Part shown: positions 7,513 through 16,286 of the stretch, piece by piece
Layout: each line of letters opens with the position of its first letter
Numbering within the stretch: the stretch's first letter is position 1
IMG/VR virus record: IMGVR_UViG_3300028454_000075
Location: 1 to 30,398 of that record
From: a virus
Strand: one strand, 5' to 3'
Length of the DNA stretch: 30,398 nucleotides
The notes under the pieces: model-generated
Told to the model about the DNA's origin: nothing
The model's input: the letters and a program-made list of their open reading frames with translations, nothing else
The model's database searches: none
Program-made: the position numbers and the translations under genes

Positions 7513-7876
7513 CTGTCCAATGAGAGGCAGAAAAGAGGAAGACATCAAGAAATCGATGGAAAAGATGCACAACATTGCAGAAGCAACTTTGGGAGAAAAA
7601 CTTGAAGTTATTCCAAGCTTTATTGAACATCAGCCACCTGAAAATGTCGAGAAGGCAATATGGTACTTAGGAGAGTCAATCAAGAAACTCGCAGAGGCTG
7701 ATGTAGTTATCTGCGTTAGCGAATCATGGAACTGGCCAGGATGCAAAATCGAGAGAGATGTCGCTTCAAACTATGGAATACCTCTAATTGAAACGGACGT
7801 TATGCATATTGCTCCTGATGCAATTGCAGCCATTAGAGATATTGGAAGAGCGGTTGACTGTGCACCAAACGTATAA
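7493..7876 (+). CDS. Second DUF4406 / deoxyribosyltransferase-like protein
   Basis: ATG 7493 is preferred because it lies 9 nt after AGGAGG, against 3 nt for track GTG 7487. FISCPMRG...LAEADVVICVSESWNWPGCKIERDVASNYGIPLIE parallels the 6420..6740 gene, including the W..G...E...A motif. Confidence 0.5.
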   Translation: MKKLFISCPMRGRKEEDIKKSMEKMHNIAEATLGEKLEVIPSFIEHQPPENVEKAIWYLGESIKKLAEADVVICVSESWNWPGCKIERDVASNYGIPLIETDVMHIAPDAIAAIRDIGRAVDCAPNV

Positions 7877-7888
7877 GGAGGGTGAGTG

Positions 7889-8269
7889 ATGGCACAAAGA
7901 GGCAGACCAAGAAAAGACACGCTGAGTCTTACAGAAAAAAAGGCTCGTGAGCAAGGAGTAACTTACGGCGAATATATCGCAGAAGAGACGAAAAAGACTG
8001 TAGTAATCGAAAAGAAGGACGACGTAGAGCGAATCAAAGTATCCGAGAGGATGACCAAGGCAATGCATATTCCTGATCGAGCAAAGAAAGCCATCGAGGA
8101 AGCTGCAAAGCAGACAGAAGAGGACATTGAAAATCACAAGTCTTGCATCAAAAAGATTCAACAAGAGATTGACCAGCACATCGGATGTATCAGAACTCAC
8201 GAGCAAGCAATCAAAGAGCTGGAACAAGAGCTCAAGGAAGAGAAGGATTTTATTGCACAGTTCAGCTGA
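7889..8269 (+). CDS. Hypothetical coiled-coil protein with an N-terminal AT-hook-like RGRPRK motif
   Basis: ATG 7889 follows AAGGAGG. The sequence is charged and heptad-like. Confidence 0.45.
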   Translation: MAQRGRPRKDTLSLTEKKAREQGVTYGEYIAEETKKTVVIEKKDDVERIKVSERMTKAMHIPDRAKKAIEEAAKQTEEDIENHKSCIKKIQQEIDQHIGCIRTHEQAIKELEQELKEEKDFIAQFS

Positions 8270-8281
8270 AGGAGGAAAGAC

Positions 8282-8449
8282 ATGGACCTCACGGGTTACA
8301 AGGCAGGAGACACAATCAGATGCCGCACAAGTGAAGAGATGCACAACAAGGTTGAATATCTCAAGAAGCTAGGCATCAGAGCTGACTACCTGTATGAAAA
8401 AGATGGTGTAGAGGGAAAATGGGTGATTATAGAGCCTGTTTATCCATAA
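8282..8449 (+). CDS. Small hypothetical protein (55 aa), not in the ORF track
   Basis: RBS GAAGGAGG precedes the ATG by 7 nt. The product is MDLTGYKAGDTIRCRTSEEMHNKVEYLKKLGIRADYLYEKDGVEGKWVIIEPVYP. It fills an otherwise empty gap in the operon. Confidence 0.5.
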   Translation: MDLTGYKAGDTIRCRTSEEMHNKVEYLKKLGIRADYLYEKDGVEGKWVIIEPVYP

Positions 8450-8464
8450 CAGAAGGGAGAGGAA

Positions 8465-8674
8465 ATGGACGTATTAGCAGGATTCGTTATCAAGAACGTT
8501 TCAGAATATGCAACAAGCGGCGATTATCCTTACTGGATTGTTAGAGTTAAGGATGAGGCTGCAACAGAAGGCTACTTCTGGGGAGCATACGAAACAGAAG
8601 AGCGAGCATTAGAGTGCATCAAAGGGATGCATGGAGCAGTACTTGTAACTTACGCAGTGACAGGAGAGATTTAA
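8465..8674 (+). CDS. Hypothetical protein
   Basis: RBS GGGAGAGG precedes a 69-codon ORF. Confidence 0.45.
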   Translation: MDVLAGFVIKNVSEYATSGDYPYWIVRVKDEAATEGYFWGAYETEERALECIKGMHGAVLVTYAVTGEI

Positions 8675-8677
8675 GCA

Positions 8678-9316
8678 ATGGCAAACATGTACATGATTCA
8701 CACCTGCCCACAACGACTTGATTACGTGCAAGGCATATTGGTGCCAGACATGATGGCTCAAGGCATCAAAAGAGACTACATCATCGTCGCTTTAGACGAT
8801 AAGCAGGAAGGAAACCTTAAAGCGTTCCTGTCAGCGCTAGAGATGTTACCAAAGACGGGCTTCACATGGCATCTACAGGACGATGTAGTTGTTAGCTCAC
8901 ACTTCGCTGACCAAACGGAGAAAGAATACAAGTCAGATGTTATTTGTGGCTATTGTTGTCAGACTGATACATGGATTTGCGGAAAGGTTTCGCCAAGCTA
9001 TGCGTGGTTCTCGTTTCAGTGCATAGGCTATAGCAATGAGATTGCAAAAGAGTTTTTAGCCTGGTTTGAAGAGAAAGGCAAAGAGCAGCATCTAGACTGG
9101 GTGGACTATAACAAGTTTGATGATTCGTTCTTTCATGAATTCATCAAAGAAAAGAATTATCAAGCGTACAACATGAAGCCAAACATAGTTGAACATATCG
9201 ATTACCTACTAGGTGGCTCAATAGTAAACGAAGAACGTAGTTGGCAATCACGAGCATTTTACTGGGTAGAACCTGAAAGAGTAGAAGATGTGAAGAAAAG
9301 ACTGAGCAACAGTTGA
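8678..9316 (+). CDS. Hypothetical protein (conserved-looking IHTCPQR / WHLQDD motifs)
   Basis: A 212-codon ORF. The LQDDV acidic motif could indicate a nucleotide-sugar transferase-like fold, but I cannot support that from sequence alone. Confidence 0.4.
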   Translation: MANMYMIHTCPQRLDYVQGILVPDMMAQGIKRDYIIVALDDKQEGNLKAFLSALEMLPKTGFTWHLQDDVVVSSHFADQTEKEYKSDVICGYCCQTDTWICGKVSPSYAWFSFQCIGYSNEIAKEFLAWFEEKGKEQHLDWVDYNKFDDSFFHEFIKEKNYQAYNMKPNIVEHIDYLLGGSIVNEERSWQSRAFYWVEPERVEDVKKRLSNS

Positions 9317-9402
9317 AGGAGGAGCTATGGAGAAAGCAAGAGAACCAACAAAGTGAAGGTCTATTGCAGCAGGATAATAATAGTTTTATACCACACACAT
9401 GC

Positions 9403-9425
9403 GGCGGAGACCTTTTCACTCCGCC
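9403..9425 (+). promoter_or_regulatory. Stem-loop GGCGGAG-N9-CTCCGCC in the intergenic region upstream of the late activator gene
   Basis: A perfect 7-bp GC-rich stem read directly. No U-tract follows, so it is not a canonical terminator. Confidence 0.35.
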
Positions 9426-9449
9426 GACTTTAAGGGAGAAAGAAGAAAC

Positions 9450-9854
9450 ATGACTAAAGCAGAAGTACATGACAAGTTAACGGCACCAAGAAGGACTAAG
9501 AGAAAGATAGCGGTCACGAAAGCTCAGATGGAGCGTCTAAGAGTCATGATGTTACCAGGGGCGATTCGATATGACAAAGACAGCATCCAAACATCACCAC
9601 AAGACCCCATGCTGGTCTTTGCTGAGAAGATGGATGAATTAACAAGACAGGCGAAAGATTTAGAACTACTCTACATGAACGAGTACAAAGAGGTTGAAGC
9701 AATGGCTGAGACATTGGACGATGCTCATAGAGATGTGCTCAAGCTGAGATACTTGGCAGAGTATAAGCCTGTAGAGATAGCTATAGAACTAAACTATTCG
9801 GAGTCAACGGTTTACAAACTCAAGAGGGAAGCAATTAAACTTTTGGAAGGATGA
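9450..9854 (+). CDS. RinA/ArpU-like late gene transcriptional activator (sigma-70 region 4-type HTH)
   Basis: ATG 9450 (MTKAEVHD) follows GGGAGAAAGAAG. The C-terminal DVLKLRYLAEYKPVEIAIELNYSESTVYKLKREAIKLL is a sigma r4 / RinA-type HTH. The gene sits immediately upstream of the packaging module. Confidence 0.65.
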   Translation: MTKAEVHDKLTAPRRTKRKIAVTKAQMERLRVMMLPGAIRYDKDSIQTSPQDPMLVFAEKMDELTRQAKDLELLYMNEYKEVEAMAETLDDAHRDVLKLRYLAEYKPVEIAIELNYSESTVYKLKREAIKLLEG

Positions 9855-9947
9855 TAGTAAAAGTCAAGAAAAAAAGTTTTTATGATGATATTATGATATT
9901 GTCGAAAAGGTCAAAAGGACCCCCCAAACGTAAAACCTTCTCCGAAG

Positions 9948-9977
9948 AGGCACTTGAGAAAGCTCAGGTGCCTTTTT
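9948..9977 (+). terminator. Rho-independent terminator between the late activator and HNH/terminase genes
   Basis: AGGCACTTGAG-AAAG-CTCAGGTGCCT forms 11 bp including one G-U pair, followed by TTTT. Confidence 0.6.
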
Positions 9978-10006
9978 ACGTTGAAAAAGAAGCGAGGTGC
10001 AGCAGT

Positions 10007-10372
10007 ATGAGCAATGCAAGATATCAAAATGGCTCCCTCCGCAGGAAATACCGGGCTAGATTCAAGGCTATGGATGCGCCTTGCGGAATATGCCGAGGGA
10101 GGTTCGGTCCTATTCACTACGACGAACCCAGCGACGCACAGCATCCAATGAGCTTTGTAATCGATGAAATTAATCCGATTTCAAAGTATGCACAGTTCGG
10201 ATACAGTTCAAAGAGAGAAGCAGCGGAGGACTGGAACAATCTGCAGGCTGCTCACTATTGGTGCAATGCTCTCAAGTCAGATAAAACGAACTTTAGCCTA
10301 GCTTGGGGGACACCTACAGAGCCTAGAAGCCCCAAGAAAGAAAAAGAAAACATTTTAGATGGTGATTGGTGA
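10007..10372 (+). CDS. HNH endonuclease (terminase-associated type)
   Basis: ATG 10007 lies 7 nt after GAGGTG. The track start 9851 would run across a terminator. Motifs: CGICRG...H...IDEINPISKY...NLQAAHYWCNALKSDK. It lies adjacent to the terminase genes. Confidence 0.8.
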   Translation: MSNARYQNGSLRRKYRARFKAMDAPCGICRGRFGPIHYDEPSDAQHPMSFVIDEINPISKYAQFGYSSKREAAEDWNNLQAAHYWCNALKSDKTNFSLAWGTPTEPRSPKKEKENILDGDW

Positions 10373-10546
10373 AAAAAGGGTGGGTAGGGACCCCCACCGG
10401 GGGCTATTGGCGAGCCCAGACGTTACATAGCGCCCACACACCAAGTGCTAAAATCCACAGCTATACACATAATCCACATAAAGAACCAACATAAAGAAGC
10501 AACCGTCGTTTCACTTGACGACAAAAAACAACCAAGGAGGTATCTT
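10373..10546 (+). other. Candidate packaging-recognition (cos/pac) region
   Basis: A 174-bp non-coding gap between HNH and TerS. A G/C-rich element (10379..10404) can form two mutually exclusive hairpins: GGTGGG/CCCACC or CCCCC-ACC-GGGGG. Direct repeats AATCCACA (10452, 10471) and ACATAAAGAA (10476, 10489) follow. Confidence 0.35.
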
Positions 10547-10915
10547 ATGGCAACAACAAAAGCTACAGCAAACGGCTCAAGACGTACATCTTCAGCAAAA
10601 CGCAAGACAGCAAAAAAGCAGACATGCAAAACTTCGAGCAGAAGCAAGTTCTCTGTTGAAAAATGCTGGAAAGATGGAGATGAACTGAGTGCAGTTGAGG
10701 CAATTATAATCAAATACGCAAAAATGATAGATGCAACAGACTCCAGCAGAGACTTGAAGCCACTTGCTTCGGGAATGCTGGAGGCTATTGATAGAAAAAA
10801 CGCTCTTGAAGCGGCAAAGGGCTCAAGAAATGAGAACAAAGCTCCTGTGTTTAAGATCCTAGAGAAAGCTCAATCTGATGCACAGGCAAAAATGAAGGCT
10901 GCTAATGGAGAATAA
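10547..10915 (+). CDS. Putative terminase small subunit
   Basis: ATG 10547 follows AAGGAGG by 6 nt. The product is a basic 122-aa protein directly upstream of, and overlapping, TerL. The assignment is positional. Confidence 0.5.
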   Translation: MATTKATANGSRRTSSAKRKTAKKQTCKTSSRSKFSVEKCWKDGDELSAVEAIIIKYAKMIDATDSSRDLKPLASGMLEAIDRKNALEAAKGSRNENKAPVFKILEKAQSDAQAKMKAANGE

Positions 10916-12359
10916 AATCGGTTGTCAGGTGCCTACGTTCCACTGGACAACGCCTTATTACATATCGCAGGGCGAATATGCAGCTCAATTATCGGCCGCA
11001 TACGATATGACACCACACGAGTGGCAAGAGCTGGTCCTAGCGGATTGGCTTGCAGTAGACGAAAATGGCATCTTAGTCAACCACACATGCGTGCTCCTGG
11101 TACCAAGACAAAATGGTAAAACGGGAGTGTCAGACCCTAGAGAGACATGGGGGCTGATTGCCAGAGGCGAAAGCATATTGCATACGGCTCAAGAATATCA
11201 GACAGCGAAGAAAGCTTTCGACAGATTGAGAGCTAAATTCGGTCAAAAGAAGAATGACCCGACTTGCAAATATCCAGAACTCAATCAAATGGTTGCAAAA
11301 TACACAACGTCGGCGAATCAAATGATTCTAGACTTGAAAAACGGCGGTCACATCGAGTTCAGAACCCGAGGCAACAGCTCTGACATTGGTCGTGGAGGTA
11401 CATTCGACCTAGTTGTAATAGATGAGGCTCAGAGCTACACACAGGCTCAAGCAGAAGCTCTTGGACCTCTTAACTCTGCAGCACCATCGGGGAGCCCACA
11501 AACTATATTGATGGGCACTCCGCCAACACCTGAAGCTATTGCTAAGGGTTTTGTATTAGCAAAGACAATCAAAGAAATACGAGCAGATAAGCCAACAGGA
11601 ATGTGCTTACATCAATGGTCAGCTAACGAAGTCGGAGATGTTACAGACAGAAGTAGATGGTACAAAATGAACCCATCACTGGGGTTAAACTTGCTTATAT
11701 CAGGTCTCGAAAAAGACCTAAGAATAATGACTCCTGAAGGATTCGCTAGAGAACATTTAGGTTACATGGCAGACATCACAGAGAAGAAGGTTGATTATGC
11801 ACTTAACAAGAAAAATTGGGAAGCATGCAAGTCAGCAAATATGAAGCCAGAAGGCAAAACAGCTTATGGAGTGAAGTTCTCTGCAGATGGAACACTGGTC
11901 ACATTATGCGGCGCCGTAATCGATAGCGAAGGCTATGCCCGCATCAGCATGATCGAGCAAAAAGAGACTATATACGGCATCAATTGGTTGACAGAATGGC
12001 TCAATGCAAGATATTCCAAAGCGACATGCGTTGTAATTGACGGAAGAAACGGAGTTGACGTTCTAATCGATAAGATTTCGGGCGTTTGGAAGGCTAAAGG
12101 TTCTATCGTTAGACCTTCAGCTAACGATATGATTGCAGCAGTATCAACATTGACGGAAGCAATCAACGAGAAGACTGTTACCTGGTACGAGAAACAGGAA
12201 CAGCTGAATGATAGTGCAACAACATCAACAAAGAGAAAGATAGGCGCAGGATTTGGTTTTGGTGGCGATAACTCAGGACCAATTGAAGCATGCGCTTTAG
12301 CTCTTTGGGGATGTAAGAATAGCAAACGTGATCCACAGAGAAAGCAAAGGATAGGTTAA
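10905..12359 (+). CDS. terL: Terminase large subunit
   Basis: Walker A-like LLVPRQNGKTG, Walker B VVIDEAQ, and size and position typical of TerL. Confidence 0.85.
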   Translation: MENKIGCQVPTFHWTTPYYISQGEYAAQLSAAYDMTPHEWQELVLADWLAVDENGILVNHTCVLLVPRQNGKTGVSDPRETWGLIARGESILHTAQEYQTAKKAFDRLRAKFGQKKNDPTCKYPELNQMVAKYTTSANQMILDLKNGGHIEFRTRGNSSDIGRGGTFDLVVIDEAQSYTQAQAEALGPLNSAAPSGSPQTILMGTPPTPEAIAKGFVLAKTIKEIRADKPTGMCLHQWSANEVGDVTDRSRWYKMNPSLGLNLLISGLEKDLRIMTPEGFAREHLGYMADITEKKVDYALNKKNWEACKSANMKPEGKTAYGVKFSADGTLVTLCGAVIDSEGYARISMIEQKETIYGINWLTEWLNARYSKATCVVIDGRNGVDVLIDKISGVWKAKGSIVRPSANDMIAAVSTLTEAINEKTVTWYEKQEQLNDSATTSTKRKIGAGFGFGGDNSGPIEACALALWGCKNSKRDPQRKQRIG

Positions 12360-12360
12360 G

Positions 12361-13755
12361 ATGGGAACATTAAAAATTGACAACGTAAAAGGAATGGATG
12401 CTGAAACTCTAAAACAGCTCAAAGAGCTAGTGAGCATCTTCAACAGCCATATTGAGGCCAACAAGAAAAAAACTAGATACTACGAAGGCCACGTCACACT
12501 CGACGAGGTCAATTTAGGAATAGCACTACCAGAGTCAATCAAGAATCTCGAAATAGGTTGTGAATGGGGAGCAAAAGCCGTAGACGTCCTTGCAGGTCGT
12601 TCAATGTTTGATGGATTTGTAAGCACGAGCGGTCAATTTCCTTCAGCACTGGACAAAATAGCAAGAGATAACAAGCTGTTTGTCGAGTATTCAAAAGCTG
12701 TTAAAGACGAGCTGAAACTCGGAGCAGCTTTTGCAACATTGTCAGCAGATGAAGAAATCGGATGCAAGATTAGATTCCACTCAGGAGAGACAGCGGCTGC
12801 AAGATGGAACGGAGAAAAAGGACGCATTGACTGTGGCCTTGCTATTATCGATAACGCAAAAGATAACAACGATAAAAAATGGACTCCATCACTTTTGAAC
12901 ATGTACACAGATGATGCCGTGTATGTCATCAGAAAAGATAATAAGGGATGGTCTGCAGAAAAACTTGATAATCCAATGGGAAGGCCTTTGATGGAGCCTC
13001 TAGTTTGGAATGCGACAAGCAAGAAGCCTTTTGGCAGATCAAGACTTAAGAGCTCGGTAAGACATCTGGTCGAGGGATATATCAGAACAGTAGCAAACGC
13101 TACTATCGGATTAGAGTTCTCAACAGCTCCACAGAAGTATTTGCTTGGAATATCTGATGAGCAGTACGACAGCTTAATCAATGATAAGTTCAGACAATAT
13201 GTTGGCAATATTCTTTTAGGAACAGCGAATGAAAGCACAGGACAAAATCCTGTGTTCGGACAGTTGCAGCAGGGCAATATCGAGCCACATGTTTCGATGA
13301 TGAGACTGTTATCAACACAGTTCAGCGCTGCTACTGGTTTGACAGTTACAGATGTCGGTGTAGTCAATGATGCTAACCCAACAAGCTCAGATGCAATATT
13401 GGCACAGTCACAGACTCTCGTTTCACTTGCAGAACAGCTCAACAAGTGCAACGGAGACAGCCTCAGAATGATTGCAAGAATGGCTCAAGCTATAGCACGC
13501 AATAGCAAGCTTGAAGACTTAACAGAAGAGGAAAACAACGTTATTGCACACTTTAAGAACCCAGCGATGCCATCAGTGAGCGCAACAGCTGACGCAGCAA
13601 TTAAAATCGCAAGCGCTAGACCTGATTTTGCTAAGACAGACACATTCTTGGAAATGATAGGATTTGACCAGGCTGATATCAGAAGAATCAACTCTCAGGA
13701 GCAGAGAGTCAGAGGCTTGGCTTTAGTTGAGGAATTAGAGAATGCCGAAGAATAA
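12361..13755 (+). CDS. Portal protein
   Basis: A 464-aa protein immediately after TerL and before the MuF-like gene. The assignment rests on size and order. Confidence 0.7.
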   Translation: MGTLKIDNVKGMDAETLKQLKELVSIFNSHIEANKKKTRYYEGHVTLDEVNLGIALPESIKNLEIGCEWGAKAVDVLAGRSMFDGFVSTSGQFPSALDKIARDNKLFVEYSKAVKDELKLGAAFATLSADEEIGCKIRFHSGETAAARWNGEKGRIDCGLAIIDNAKDNNDKKWTPSLLNMYTDDAVYVIRKDNKGWSAEKLDNPMGRPLMEPLVWNATSKKPFGRSRLKSSVRHLVEGYIRTVANATIGLEFSTAPQKYLLGISDEQYDSLINDKFRQYVGNILLGTANESTGQNPVFGQLQQGNIEPHVSMMRLLSTQFSAATGLTVTDVGVVNDANPTSSDAILAQSQTLVSLAEQLNKCNGDSLRMIARMAQAIARNSKLEDLTEEENNVIAHFKNPAMPSVSATADAAIKIASARPDFAKTDTFLEMIGFDQADIRRINSQEQRVRGLALVEELENAEE

Positions 13756-14488
13756 AATTGAGATAAGCGAAGAAGTATGGCAGGCATACACCAATAAGCT
13801 ATACAAAGTCAGTGCAACGGCTGGAAAGAAGATGGAAGAATACATCCTCGCACACGGCTTAGAGGATAGAGATGGGCTAATCAACTTCGCTTACGGCCTT
13901 GTAACTAAATACAGCGAAGCTACATCAGCTCTCGCAGCACAAATGTATGATGATATTGCAGCAGCTGAGAATGCATTCACACTCTCAGCTGAAACAATAG
14001 CAACACCTAGCTATCACGAAGTGGCAAAGACGGTGAATGGCACTCTTAAGAAGAGCAAAAATGAGAGGTCAATGGGAGGCGCTATTCAGTATCTGGTCAA
14101 AAGATGCGGAGCCGACACAACACTTCACAATGCATTAAGAGATAGTGCTCAATTCGCATGGATACCAGGACCAGGAGAAACGTGTGCGTTTTGTCGAATA
14201 CTGGCATCGAATGGCTGGCGAAACATGTCCAAGAAAGCACTAAAAAACGGACATGCTGAACACATCCATGCAAATTGCAGATGTACATACGCAATTAGAT
14301 TTTCAGAGCAGACAGACATAGCAGGATATGATCCTGACAAGTATTATCAAGAATATCTTGATGCTGGACGTGATGTGAATACAATGCGAACAGACATGTA
14401 CGCAAGCAATGAGGAGTTAGCAGAAAAAATTAAAGCACAAAAGAGAGAAGCTTACGCTAAGCGCAAAGCTCTTGAGAAAAAAGAATAA
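13742..14488 (+). CDS. Head morphogenesis / minor capsid protein (Mu F / SPP1 gp7-like)
   Basis: It follows the portal gene. The motif CAFCRILASNGW...HIHANCRCTYAI resembles the C..C...HPNCRC signature of the family. Confidence 0.6.
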   Translation: MPKNKIEISEEVWQAYTNKLYKVSATAGKKMEEYILAHGLEDRDGLINFAYGLVTKYSEATSALAAQMYDDIAAAENAFTLSAETIATPSYHEVAKTVNGTLKKSKNERSMGGAIQYLVKRCGADTTLHNALRDSAQFAWIPGPGETCAFCRILASNGWRNMSKKALKNGHAEHIHANCRCTYAIRFSEQTDIAGYDPDKYYQEYLDAGRDVNTMRTDMYASNEELAEKIKAQKREAYAKRKALEKKE

Positions 14489-14500
14489 TTATGATGCAAG

Positions 14501-14527
14501 AAGCACTAGATAACCTAGTGCTTTTAA
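14501..14527 (+). terminator. Rho-independent terminator after the MuF-like gene
   Basis: AAGCACTAG-ATAAC-CTAGTGCTT is a perfect 9-bp stem running into TTTT. Confidence 0.6.
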
Positions 14528-14575
14528 TATGCATAAATCAAGGGCACCGACCCACAAAAACGAGGAGGAATAAGA

Positions 14576-15091
14576 ATGAGTGAAGTAGAAAACACTACGG
14601 TAACCACACCGGAAACAGCTCCTGAAGAGGAGAAGAAATTCAGCCAGGCAGATGTCGATGCAATCGTAAAATCACGATTAGATCGAGAGCGTGGCAAGTA
14701 CTCAGACTATGAGGACCTTAAGGCCAAGGCAGAGAAGTTTGATGCTGCTGAAGAGGCACAGAAAACAGAATTGCAGAAGGCCACAGAAAGAGCAGATGCT
14801 CTTCAGGCACAATTGGATAGTATGAACAGAGCAAACGAAGTGAGAAACACTCGTGAGAAGGTATCTCAAGAGCTCGGAGTACCCGCATCACTTCTCACTG
14901 GGGAAGATGAGGAAACATGCCGCAATCAGGGCATGCAGATTCTTGAGTTTGCTAAGAAAACAACTTATCCAACTGTACAGGATGGTGGAGAAACACACAC
15001 TCCAGTCATGACAAAGGCTGAGATTCTCTCTATCAAAAACAACAAAGAGAGATTGAAAGCCATCGAGGAAAATATTGAACTATTTCAGTAG
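14576..15091 (+). CDS. Capsid scaffolding protein (DUF4355-like)
   Basis: RBS GAGGAGG. FSQADVDAIVKSRLDRERGKY, an acidic helical sequence, and its position directly upstream of the capsid gene support the call. Confidence 0.65.
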   Translation: MSEVENTTVTTPETAPEEEKKFSQADVDAIVKSRLDRERGKYSDYEDLKAKAEKFDAAEEAQKTELQKATERADALQAQLDSMNRANEVRNTREKVSQELGVPASLLTGEDEETCRNQGMQILEFAKKTTYPTVQDGGETHTPVMTKAEILSIKNNKERLKAIEENIELFQ

Positions 15092-15103
15092 GAGGAAAAG
15101 AAA

Positions 15104-15940
15104 ATGGCAAATTTAGCAGTACAGGCATTAGCTCAGGAAGTTAATGCAATCGCAAAGTTTGAAAGCGATCTTCACAATCTTTTAGTTCTTCTTAACAAAG
15201 AAGACGTTAATGTTATGGCTCCAGGCACAGCTCTTAAGATTTATAAGACATCTGGAAGCCTTTCAACATCAGTAGTTGCAGAGAAGGCTCTTATCCCTGA
15301 TTCTGCAATCACAACAGACAACGGTACACTTGTTGAGCTTACTTTCGGCAAGTATAGAAACCTTGTATCAATCGAAAAGATTGCTAAGCAGGGTTACGAT
15401 GTAGCAGTTGGAGCTTCAACAGCTTCAATGGTTAAGCAGGCTCAGGCCAAGGCTCGTGCAAGCATTGTTTCAGGAATGGATGTGACAGGAGTTGTCACAG
15501 CATCAGCAGCAACATTCCAGGCTAAAATCGCAAAGGCAGCTGGCAAGATTGCTACAGCTTTCGAGGATGAGGCTTACACACCTATCTTCTTCGTTAACCC
15601 AGAGGATGCATTCGACTACCTCGGAGGAGCAAATATCACTGTTCAGACAGCGTTTGGTATCTCATACATTGCTAACTTCATGGGACTTGGCAATGTAGTT
15701 CTTGATTCAAACGTAACAGCTGGCACAGTATTTGGCACAGCTTGCGAGAACCTTGATGTAGTTGCAGCAGATGTAACAAAGATCGAGGGCATGGAGCTTC
15801 AGACAGACGAGTCTGGCATCATCGCAATCCATGTTGGCGCTAAGTATGAGAATGGAGCAATTGAGACAGTTGTTTACTCTGGCCTCAAAGCTCTTCCTGT
15901 ATTTGCTGACAGAGTTGTAAAGGTTACAACTGCAGCATAG
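15104..15940 (+). CDS. Major capsid protein
   Basis: Strong RBS AGGAGG. A 278-aa Ala/Val/Gly/Thr-rich protein right after the scaffold gene. The assignment is positional. Confidence 0.6.
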   Translation: MANLAVQALAQEVNAIAKFESDLHNLLVLLNKEDVNVMAPGTALKIYKTSGSLSTSVVAEKALIPDSAITTDNGTLVELTFGKYRNLVSIEKIAKQGYDVAVGASTASMVKQAQAKARASIVSGMDVTGVVTASAATFQAKIAKAAGKIATAFEDEAYTPIFFVNPEDAFDYLGGANITVQTAFGISYIANFMGLGNVVLDSNVTAGTVFGTACENLDVVAADVTKIEGMELQTDESGIIAIHVGAKYENGAIETVVYSGLKALPVFADRVVKVTTAA

Positions 15941-15950
15941 GAGGTACAGC

Positions 15951-16274
15951 ATGAAAGAGGTTAAAGTTCTAATCCCTTTCCATGACCTTGTAGAAAACAC
16001 CGCCCGCAAAAAGGGCGGTGTCTTTACTTGCGATGACGAAAGGGCGGAGAAGCTTAACAAGCTATTCCTGGTAAAAATCGTGAAAGACGTCAAAGAGCCT
16101 GAAAAACCAGAAATCACCAGTGCATCAGCAAGCGAGTCCGAGTCTTTGAGCACATCGGAGAGTGAATCAGAATCCTTAAGCACATCTGAAAGCGAATCTG
16201 AGTCCGAAGCAGAGGCAAAGAGCGAAACAGCTGACGATGGAAAGAAGGGAAAGGGAAAAGGCTCAAACAAGTAA
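15951..16274 (+). CDS. Hypothetical head-module protein with a C-terminal Ser/Glu tandem repeat
   Basis: RBS AGGAGG. The C-terminus is SASASESESLSTSESESESLSTSESESESEAEAKSE, followed by KKGKGKGSNK. Confidence 0.5.
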   Translation: MKEVKVLIPFHDLVENTARKKGGVFTCDDERAEKLNKLFLVKIVKDVKEPEKPEITSASASESESLSTSESESESLSTSESESESEAEAKSETADDGKKGKGKGSNK

Positions 16275-16286
16275 AGGAGCGTTAAT

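Noticed and set aside
12633-13451. Long antisense ORFs in the track, for example 12633..13451 (272 aa), 7784..8344 (186 aa), 15707..16270 (187 aa), 10423..10839 (138 aa) and 23458..23886 (142 aa).
   Set aside because: They lie entirely opposite well-supported + strand genes, lack RBSs and have low-complexity Ser/Leu/Cys-rich translations typical of shadow ORFs.
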